Position numbers and translations under genes: made by a program
NCBI GenBank assembly: GCA_963663805.2
Contig: CAXXMR010000020.1
Coordinates: forward strand, 128,001-192,000
From: Sedimentisphaerales bacterium
GTDB lineage: Bacteria > Planctomycetota > Phycisphaerae > Sedimentisphaerales > SM23-30
Direction: 5' to 3'
DNA: 64,000 nt
The notes under the pieces: model-generated
Database searches by the model: none
Told to the model about the DNA's origin: nothing
Seen by the model: only the letters and a program-made list of their open reading frames with translations
Shown: piece by piece, positions 50,881-59,347 of the stretch
How positions within the stretch are numbered: the stretch's first letter is position 1
How the letters are laid out: the number at the start of each line of letters is the position of its first letter

Positions 50881-53800
50881 GTGCAAAAAGGAACTCTGTT
50901 AAGCCTGATTATACTATTATCAATCTCCACCTCCTCCCTCGCCTTTAACGGTGATATGGGTACAGGCACTCAACCGCTTACCGATGGTTCAGAAGATTAT
51001 CCGTGGCTGATAGAGGACCTTGATGATTTTGACGAGTTTGTCAGCAACTCAATCTATTGGGGCCAGGGAGTAAATACCAAGCTTGCCATTGACATTGACT
51101 TGACTGAAAAAGAATATTGCTCGTCAGTAATCGAAGTATTCGAGGGTGTCTTTGATGGGGACAACCACGTCATTGACAATTTGACCATCAAGGCAAGTGA
51201 GGAATATAGCGGTGATCTAGGTTTTTGGGGAACAATAAACGATTCTGGAAGTATTTCTAATCTTGCAGTGATTAACTGTAAGATTACCGGAAGCAATATA
51301 CGCTGTCTGGGTATACTGGTCGGGCTTAATAGCGGCACCATTTCTTATTGCCATACTGAAGGTGAAGTCAAGAATGCACAACATGGTATTGGAGGCTTGA
51401 TAGGACAAAATAATTCTGGTACAGTATCAAATTGCCATGCTTCAGTAAATGTAAGTGGAATGGATGCTGTTGGAGGACTGATTGGAGATAACTGTGACAG
51501 TATCATATCACACTGTTATGCAACCGGAGAAGTCAGGGCTTCCTATACTGCCGGCGGTCTAATAGGCAAAAGTGAAAATTCGGACATTACTGATTGTTAT
51601 GCCACAGGTAGCGTAATTGGCTCCATGATAGTTGGCGGGCTAATAGCTGAGAGCTATGAAGATAATATTTCAAATTGTTACGCGACAGGAAATGTTTTCA
51701 ATGGCTATAATGAACGTATCGAGCCCATCAGGGATGCAGGCGGTCTGGTGGGTCTTACTTTTAATGATACTATTTCAAACTGCTATGCCACAGGCAAGGT
51801 GCTTTCTTATCTTGGTCAAAAATGCGGCGGATTGATCGGCTCTGATTTTGCCGGTACCATTCTTGATTGTTATGCCACAGGTGAAATTTACAATGAGGGA
51901 TTTGATCCTTCAAGCATAGGTGGTTTGGTTGGGGCGTGCAATGGAATTATTTCTGAATGTTATGCTTCAAGTAATATAATATCACATACTCATAGTATGT
52001 CCAATTCTGACCTTGGAGGACTCATCGGAAACCTATCCGGGGAATCATCACAAATAACAAACTGTTATGCCGCCGGCAAAATTGAAACAGGAGATGAAGA
52101 TTCTGATATTGGCGGGTTGTGTGGTAGAAATCATGATGGATATATAAGCAACTGTTACACTATCTGTACTCTGGATTGTGTCGGTGACAATATTGGCGGA
52201 CTTATTGGGGGTAACGAGGGGACCATGACAGCGTGTTTCTGGGACACTCAGGCTTGCGGCATAGCAAACGCTGTAGGTTCCGGCTTATCCGACGGCGGCG
52301 AGGGGAAAACCACCATTCAGATGCAGACCCTGTCCACCTTTGCCAATGCTTACTGGGATTTTTCTATCGACGATGGAGATGAGGCAGACTGGCAGATGAT
52401 TGATAATTATTATCCGGTATTGTCAAATCAACCATCAAATACAGAAGCATTACCCGACGTGATCGGCTTGCCGCAAACACAGGCAGAAACTCTGCTTGCC
52501 ACAGCCTCATTTGAGACTATGGAATTCGAGTACGTCTACAGTGAAACAATATCCTCCGGACTGGTAATAAGCCAGTCGCCGCAAGGCGGTATTGACCTGC
52601 CAAACTATACAAAAATTAAAATGCAAATATCCTTAGGGATAAAATATCCCGGAGAAGGTGAGTATTGCGAACCTTACCAGATCAGTACTGCGGCCCACTG
52701 GCAGGCATTGATGCACACCCCTTCAGACTGGGAATCATATAAAAATTTCATTTTAACTAATGATATAGATTTGAGCGGCATCAGAATCATACCAGTTGGA
52801 AATATAGGCAATTTCTTTCAAGGAGAATTTGATGGACAGGGATACACCATCCATAATATTCTTATCGACAATTCTTCTGGTGGCAACACCGGCTTGTTTG
52901 GTGCAATAGATAACATTGCCCGAATCAGGAATCTTAATCTGGAGAATGTATCCGTAAAGGGTAATCAATATACTGGAGGATTGATTGGTTTCAACTACGA
53001 GGGCGTTGTCTCAAACTGTAATGTTATGGGCAATATTTCCGGGAATTTTTATACCGGAGGGCTGATAGGATATAATAGGGGAGGAGAAGTATCAAACTGC
53101 ACCAATAACGCAAGTGTTACCGGCGGGATCAATACCGGCGGTTTAATTGGCTGGAATTTTAATGGCGATATTAAATATTGTGCCAATACTTCAAACGTAA
53201 CCGGAGAAATTGCCGGAGGATTGATCGGTAAGCAGGAAGGCATACTATCTTTCTGCCATAGTACCGGGGATGTTTCCACAAACAATGGCACCGCAGGTGG
53301 TTTATGCGGCATTAATTATTATGGATTGATTCGGCAGTGCTATGCTTCTGGAAATACAACTGTTATGGTCGGTAATGCTGGAGGATTATGCGGCATTAAT
53401 GGTGGATTGATTTGGCAGTGCTATGCTTCTGGAGATGCAACTGTTATGGCCGGTAATACCGGAGGATTATGCGGCATTAATGAAGACGATATTACACAAT
53501 GCTATGCTACAGGAACTGTGACATGTCCCACTCCAGGTAATGTCGGTGGGTTATGCGGCCATAATGAAGGTGATATCACACAATGCTATGCCACCGGGAC
53601 TGTGACATGTCCCGCTCCGGGTAATGTCGGAGGGTTGGTTGGATATTCTGATAGCTATTATATATACAAGTGCTATTCCACCGGACGGGTTCTGGCCGTC
53701 GGTGAAAATGTGGGCGGTTTAATTGGTAATGGTTATGCCTCCTGGTGCCTTTGGGACATTCAAACCAGCGGTCAGGAATATAGCGCCGGCGGTATCGGTA

Positions 53801-54135
53801 TGACGACAGAAGAAATGAAAAATTCACTTACCTATATTGATATAGGCTGGTATTTTTACAATCAATATAGTGATGTATTCGAAACAACCTGGCGCATGTG
53901 TGCAGATGGTGTTGACTACCCTCGTTTCACCTGGGAACATTATAATAATGCAGATTATGCCTGCCCCAACGGAACCGATCTGGTTGATTACGCCCTTTTT
54001 GCTCAATATTTCCTTGAATATGACTGTGGCAATGAAAACGAAAATTGTTACGTGTTCAACTTAAACCATTCGGGGACTGTCGATTTTGAAGATTGTATAA
54101 TCTTCAGCCAATACTGGCTGTTAAATACCCCGTAA
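50881..54135 (+). CDS. Secreted GLUG-repeat protein with internal PASTA domain and dockerin-like C-terminus
   Basis: GGLIG/GGLCG repeats; LPDVIGLPQTQAETLL...VISQSP PASTA motif; NLNHSGTVDFED. Confidence 0.88.
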   Translation: MQKGTLLSLIILLSISTSSLAFNGDMGTGTQPLTDGSEDYPWLIEDLDDFDEFVSNSIYWGQGVNTKLAIDIDLTEKEYCSSVIEVFEGVFDGDNHVIDNLTIKASEEYSGDLGFWGTINDSGSISNLAVINCKITGSNIRCLGILVGLNSGTISYCHTEGEVKNAQHGIGGLIGQNNSGTVSNCHASVNVSGMDAVGGLIGDNCDSIISHCYATGEVRASYTAGGLIGKSENSDITDCYATGSVIGSMIVGGLIAESYEDNISNCYATGNVFNGYNERIEPIRDAGGLVGLTFNDTISNCYATGKVLSYLGQKCGGLIGSDFAGTILDCYATGEIYNEGFDPSSIGGLVGACNGIISECYASSNIISHTHSMSNSDLGGLIGNLSGESSQITNCYAAGKIETGDEDSDIGGLCGRNHDGYISNCYTICTLDCVGDNIGGLIGGNEGTMTACFWDTQACGIANAVGSGLSDGGEGKTTIQMQTLSTFANAYWDFSIDDGDEADWQMIDNYYPVLSNQPSNTEALPDVIGLPQTQAETLLATASFETMEFEYVYSETISSGLVISQSPQGGIDLPNYTKIKMQISLGIKYPGEGEYCEPYQISTAAHWQALMHTPSDWESYKNFILTNDIDLSGIRIIPVGNIGNFFQGEFDGQGYTIHNILIDNSSGGNTGLFGAIDNIARIRNLNLENVSVKGNQYTGGLIGFNYEGVVSNCNVMGNISGNFYTGGLIGYNRGGEVSNCTNNASVTGGINTGGLIGWNFNGDIKYCANTSNVTGEIAGGLIGKQEGILSFCHSTGDVSTNNGTAGGLCGINYYGLIRQCYASGNTTVMVGNAGGLCGINGGLIWQCYASGDATVMAGNTGGLCGINEDDITQCYATGTVTCPTPGNVGGLCGHNEGDITQCYATGTVTCPAPGNVGGLVGYSDSYYIYKCYSTGRVLAVGENVGGLIGNGYASWCLWDIQTSGQEYSAGGIGMTTEEMKNSLTYIDIGWYFYNQYSDVFETTWRMCADGVDYPRFTWEHYNNADYACPNGTDLVDYALFAQYFLEYDCGNENENCYVFNLNHSGTVDFEDCIIFSQYWLLNTP

Positions 54136-54280
54136 ACCTGCCAGGGCTTGCTGGTTTATCCTCCAGAAACTTAGTTCAGAGTGGCTGGAAGGTTTTTGAG
54201 AGCGATATCGCCTTATTAACACAGATATCCGCAATTTTGCCAGTTTAAGGAGCGATAACCCCAATTTACTTTGCTCCTGC

Positions 54281-54580
54281 GCACGCAGCGCAGCTCTTAC
54301 GCTGGCTGCGCAGGTCCTCCGCTGCGAGCGCAGACATTCCGTTGCGTGCGCAGGCCTTACGCTGGGAGCGCAGCTCTTACGCACCGTGCGCAGCTTCTCC
54401 GCTGCCAGCGCAGTCTTTACGCTGCGATCGTAGCCCTTCCGATGCGAGCGGAACTTTGCCGCACGCAGCGCAGGCCTTGGGCTGCGAGCATAGGCCTTCC
54501 GCTGGCAGCGCAGCCTTTCTGCTGCGAGCGTAGTTCTTCCGCTGGCAGAGGGACTCCCCTGCTGATAGCACCGGGCTTAC
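54281..54580. repeat. Non-coding degenerate tandem array, 15 x 20 bp
   Basis: Consensus about GCTGCGAGCGCAGnnnTT(A/C)C in exact 20-bp register. Confidence 0.9.
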
Positions 54581-54603
54581 TCCGGCAGCGTTACAGCCGG
54601 GCC

Positions 54604-54918
54604 GTAAGTTTCCGGCCAAGTAGACCTTGGCTGACAATTGGTGGATTGCGGTTGGGGCGGGTTAATTTTGCGGGGTTTTCCAGTTGGCGGGCAGGAGGGT
54701 GTCGATTTGGTTGGCGCCGGTGGTGGAGATTTTTCTGAGGACATAATTGAAATACGCGAATGGGTCGTGATTGTGGAGTTTGCAGCCGGCGACCAGGCTG
54801 TAGATTATGGCGGCGCGTTCGGCTCCGGCTTCGCTGCCGGCGAACATATAATTTTTTCGGCCAATGACTACCATTCTCAGCGTTCGTTCCGAAAGATTAT
54901 TATCGATGCTAATCACCA
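54604..54918 (-). mobile_element. IS66-family remnant (right end plus TnpC C-terminus)
   Basis: IDNNLSERTLR..IGRKNYMFAGS..GAERAAIIYSL..CKL; GTAAG terminus at 54604. Confidence 0.85.
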
Positions 54919-55106
54919 GTGATATGGAATTCTCCCATTTTCGGGCTGTTGCACTCGCCCTGGAAAGAATTGGTGATTAGCATTGAAAATGGAGCCAGAT
55001 TTGCGGGTTTTCTCTTCTGAAAAAGCATCGAAAAAGGAGCCACTGTAAAAGGCCGATAAGATGTGTTTAAGATACGTAACATTTTAGACACAGGAGGCTT
55101 AGAAAG

Positions 55107-56594
55107 GTGCTTACAGTGGAGCATTATGAGATTATCAGACGTAAAGTTCGTGATGGGATATCGCAACGTGAGGTTGCCCTGGAGCTGGGGCATTCGCGTA
55201 ACACGGTGGCCAAGGCCCTGAAAAATCCGATTCCGCCGGGCTATCGGCTCAGTCAGCCGCGGGTCAAGGCTGTCATGGATCCCTTCGCGCACATTATTGA
55301 CACCTGGCTGGAATCTGACAAAAAGGTTCGGCGTAAGCAGCGGATGCAGGCGACCAAAATGTATCAGCGGCTTTGTGACGAGTATGGTTTCACCGGCCAT
55401 TACAGCACTGTCCAGCGGTATATCAAGGAGGCGAGTAATCGCCAAAAAGAAGCTTACCTGCCGTTAGCGTTTGAGTTTGGCGAAGAAGCCCAGGTTGACT
55501 GGCATGAAGCTAACATTAAAGAAAACGGCAGGGAGAAGAAGGTCTACGTTTTTTGCATGAAGCTGTGCTGTTCTAAGGCTCCTTTTGTTTGTGCTTACGA
55601 GAGCATGAAGATCGAATGTTTTCTTGACGGCCATGTCCGGGCGTTTGAATATTTCGGCGGCGTGCCCAAACGCATTGCTTACGACAATTTAAAAACTGCG
55701 GTTCTAAAGGTTCTCAAAAAAGGCAAGCGTCGGCTCAACCGCAAATTCGTAGAGCTTAAGAGTTGGTATTTGTTTGACACTCGTTTTTGCAATGTCGCTA
55801 AAGGTAATGAAAAAGGCGATGTCGAGAATCTCGCCAAGCGAAGTGAAAGGCAGTTCTTCTCTCCGGTTCCGAGAGTTACCGATATGGCTCAGCTGAATGA
55901 GATGCTGATTGCTCAGTGTATCAAAGAACTGGATCGCCAGGGCCCTGCACCTCATACGAATAAAACCATTGGCGATTTATTTGCAGAAGAGAAAACACAT
56001 TTATACGAACTGCCTGAGCAGAAGTTTGAAGCCTGTCGTCGAATATCCACCTTTGCGGACAAACAGCTTACAGTACGGGTTGATACTAACCGGTATTCGG
56101 TGCCGACGGAGTATGCCTATCAATCTTGCCAGGTCAAGGTATTCGTTGACCGGGTTGACCTGTTCTATAAAAATGAGCTGGTTGCCTCGCATTCCAGATG
56201 TTACGATAAAGACCAGTATATCCTGGATCCGCTGCATTATATCAAACTTTTAGAGCGTAAGCCCGGTTCGCTGGATAATGCTCGGCCATTCAAGGGCCAG
56301 CCCTGGGGCGAAGATTTCACCTTGATGCGAACAGAGCTTGAATATCGATACGGCAGTGAAGGGACCGGTAAATACATCAACATCCTGCTGCTCTTTATCA
56401 GGCATCCGCAAAAAGAAGTTGAACATGCCGTTGGTGTTTGTGTCAAGTGCCGGGCGTTCAGCGATGAAGCGGTGGAAAGCTTTTTACGTAACGGCTCACA
56501 ATTGAACCTTGCCGGCAATCAAGTCCTGGTAAACCAAGGCGATGGCAAACGCAATCTCGATGTTTATAACCAGTTGGCCGGGGAGGTAGCATGA
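55107..56594 (+). CDS. istA: IS21 transposase IstA
   Basis: EAQVDW, FGGVP...YDN, EKGDVE, NRYSVP. Confidence 0.95.
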   Translation: MLTVEHYEIIRRKVRDGISQREVALELGHSRNTVAKALKNPIPPGYRLSQPRVKAVMDPFAHIIDTWLESDKKVRRKQRMQATKMYQRLCDEYGFTGHYSTVQRYIKEASNRQKEAYLPLAFEFGEEAQVDWHEANIKENGREKKVYVFCMKLCCSKAPFVCAYESMKIECFLDGHVRAFEYFGGVPKRIAYDNLKTAVLKVLKKGKRRLNRKFVELKSWYLFDTRFCNVAKGNEKGDVENLAKRSERQFFSPVPRVTDMAQLNEMLIAQCIKELDRQGPAPHTNKTIGDLFAEEKTHLYELPEQKFEACRRISTFADKQLTVRVDTNRYSVPTEYAYQSCQVKVFVDRVDLFYKNELVASHSRCYDKDQYILDPLHYIKLLERKPGSLDNARPFKGQPWGEDFTLMRTELEYRYGSEGTGKYINILLLFIRHPQKEVEHAVGVCVKCRAFSDEAVESFLRNGSQLNLAGNQVLVNQGDGKRNLDVYNQLAGEVA

Positions 56595-57354
56595 AAGATC
56601 CAATGGTTTTATTAAAAAGCTATCTCAAGACCCTGAAGCTTCCGACAATTCAAAAAGAGTATCAGACAATTGCCCGGGCATCCGCCCAGGCAAACGAATC
56701 CTATGAAAGTTACCTGCAAAGACTGGCCGAAATCGAAGTCTTTCATCGACAGTCGCAGGCCATCGCCAGGAGATTGAAACAGGCAAACTTCCCATGACTA
56801 AGGAACTTGAAAGTTTTGATTTTATGGCCGTGCCGCAGATAAATAAAAAACAGATTATCGACCTTTCGATGTGCGGCTTTATCGACCGCCGCAGTAATAT
56901 CGTCTTTACCGGCCCGCCGGGCGTGGGTAAAAGTCATCTGGCCATCGCCCTCGGCCGGGAAGCCTGCCGACGAGGTTATAAAGTGCGGTTCTTTACCGCT
57001 GCTGAACTGGTTAATACGTATCTCGAAGCCCGACAGGAAAGAGCGGTGTTGAAATTAGAGAGCTATATAAAAAAATGCGACCTGATCATCATCGATGAAC
57101 TGGGCTATGTCCCGTTCGACCGTATCGGAGCGGAACATCTGTTCGGCTTTTTCAGCCAGTGCTATGAACAAACCAGCCTGATCGTAACAACGAATCTGCC
57201 ATTCGCCGATTGGCCCCAGGTCTTTGGCGATGATGAAAGATTAGCCGGTGCTCTGCTGGACCGACTGACCCACCATGTGAGCGTGGTCGAAATCATAACC
57301 GACAGCTGGCGACTTAACCAGAGTTTAGAGAAAAAACGGAAAAAAGAAGGCTAA
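56591..57354 (+). pseudogene. istB: IS21 helper ATPase IstB, frameshifted near 56791-56794
   Basis: GPPGVGKSH, IIDELGY, LLDRL; TTC CCA TGA needs one extra base to read ANFP-MTKELESFDF. Confidence 0.88.
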
Positions 57355-57785
57355 GAAAGCCTCAATCCAACGAAAAAGGACCAGAATCCCTATTGACAAC
57401 GCCGAAATCGGCGTTATTTTACTAACCTAAGTGGCTCAGATTTCGATGCAAATCTGGCTCCATTTTCAATACTAATCACCAAAGAATCGGCGATCCCGCC
57501 GCTGCTCCGTCTCTGCACAGCCTGCTGAGTCTGCCCGGCGTAATGGGGCATACGATTACTTATGAAACCGTAACTTCACCCGATGTGGTGTTCATGACCG
57601 ATCGTTCTCTGTCGTTACGTGAGTTGATCGTAGCTCGATCATTATACAACTGCGGTGACTGGGAAAATCTGGCACACAAGGTGCTCAAATCTTACAAAAG
57701 AGACCTGCGCGGCCATTATGCCCTCCACGCCCAATCCATTGTCTTCATCAAAAATAGATCCGAGGGAAAAAATTAGAGATTTTCA

Positions 57786-59311
57786 GACTCTGTAGCATCT
57801 TTACCGGCAACATAGCATTCCAGTCCTTTCTTCATGAAGTGTTGTTGTAGTTCGTAAACGGCCTTGGGACTGCTCGTCACGCTGCATATCAATAGCCACC
57901 CGCTGGCTGATATTGGTTTGAGTTCGCACTCGATAGACACTCTTCTGCATTTTTCGATGGCGGCGATAGCCCCGTTCAACCGCGTTGGACGTTGACGGCA
58001 GTTGTGAATCATCAAGGAAGGTCAACGCCTTTTCGATATTGGGGGTGAACAATTTCTTAAGAGTCTGTCGCAAGGTTTTGAATCGCCCAATTCGCCGGCG
58101 TAACACAGCCAACTTTTCCAATGCCGTTTCCGTTCGACAACGACGGTCAAAAAGACGATAAACCTGATCCATGATCGAGCGTAAATTTCTCAGGTTTGGC
58201 AAGCCTCTGGTTATATGCAAAAACTTCTTCTTATCCTTCGAACTCAATGAATGTTGTACAAATAAATATCTGTGCTCAAACAGATCGGCAATTTTCTTTT
58301 CCTGTTTCTTCTTGCGTGATGCCGCTTTCTTCGCGGAAGAAGACGATGGACGGCCACGTTTCAGCTTGGGCAACTTTGCCTTGAGCTCTCGTCGTACTTT
58401 CGTAACAGCTTTGAGTATTTCTCTGTTGATCTCCTTGAGGACATGAAATTCGCACACCTGATGAGCAGCGTCAGGAAATATCAGCGCCAATGGCTCCGGA
58501 TATAAAGGCGAGCCGTCGGTCGTAACACCCCGTAATGTCAGCGTTCTTTGTACCAGTTCGGTCCGAAACCGAAAGGAAAAGTTTGTTATATCTTCATGAG
58601 TGGGATTATGGTCAAGAACCTCGTAGATGAGCCGTTTGAAGGTGTGGTTATCCACTATGGATAAGACGCAGAATGGCCCATCATATAATTCGTCCGCTGC
58701 AATATAGCCGGAGAAATCAGCCAGAACACCATCAAGGTACTCAGTTGTAATTCGTTGCTCAGCTTTTTTTCCCCGTCGCCTCAACCCAGTTTTGAATTGT
58801 AGCCCAAGGGACAAAAACTCTGTGGTCTCGCCACAAGTGCCATGATGCCGGGCGGTACGGCAGGCCGTCCTCCACAACCAAACGCACGGCCAGGTGAACA
58901 ACCCGACGGGTATAGTGACAGCCGGGGTCCGCAAGATCAGTGAGGTCGGCATTGAAGTATCGTTTGCATTTTGAACAACGATGCTGTGAATAGCTGACCC
59001 AAATCTCGATGGGACGGTTGGCAGCCAGGTCTCCGAGGTCATGCAGTTTTCGCCTGAAGACTTTGTCTCGATACGACGAGTGGCCGCAATGGGGGCAAGG
59101 ACGCTTTTTGTAGGTGCGTGAACGCCGTTTGATTTTTGCTTTCGGTAAATCTTCAACACCAGTAATACCTTCGGTTATATCGGATACGTATTCGCCTGGC
59201 CCAGCCATAATCGTCTCTCCTGGAAAATTCCACTGGTCTGTTCTTCCAGGAGTTTTATCGGCTAATTTGCGAAAATCTCATTAAAAATGCCGGTATCTAT
59301 GCTACAGTCTC
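57786..59311 (-). mobile_element. IS with zinc-finger/DDE transposase (IS256/ISL3-like, family not firmly assigned)
   Basis: Imperfect IR GA(CT/GA)CTGTAGCAT-N4-ACCGGCA at both ends; no clean TSD. Confidence 0.75.
57801..59208 (-). CDS. Transposase expressed via -1 frameshift (orfA 59208-58759, orfB to 57801)
   Basis: CPHC...CSKC; ADELY, TTDGS, CEFH, TSNAVER; GGGG-A7-G slippery site at 58763-58774. Confidence 0.82.
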
Positions 59312-59347
59312 AAATTTTGCTATATTTTTGCTGGTAACTTCCAGAAA

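Larger units (their letters stand above)
54971..57481 (+). mobile_element. Complete IS21-family element (2511 bp)
   Basis: IR TGGTGATTAG(C/T)ATTGAAAATGGAGCCAGATTTGC with subterminal repeats; 6-bp TSD AAGAAT. Confidence 0.96.
54921..57776 (+). pseudogene. 3' remnant of a HEAT-repeat-containing gene (likely FAD oxidoreductase C-terminus) split by IS21 (54921-54970 and 57488-57776)
   Basis: Removing IS21 plus one TSD gives in-frame MEFSHFRAVALALERIGDPAAAPSLHSLLSLPGVMGH...LRELIVARSLYNCGD...DLRGHYALHA. Confidence 0.65.

Noticed and set aside
54281..54580. CRISPR array
   Set aside because: No unique spacers between repeats, units are degenerate and contiguous, and there are no cas genes in the window
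54271..54738. 155-aa ORF over the 20-bp array
   Set aside because: No RBS, the period is out of codon phase, and the ORF runs into the IS66 end; likely a by-product of GC-rich repeats
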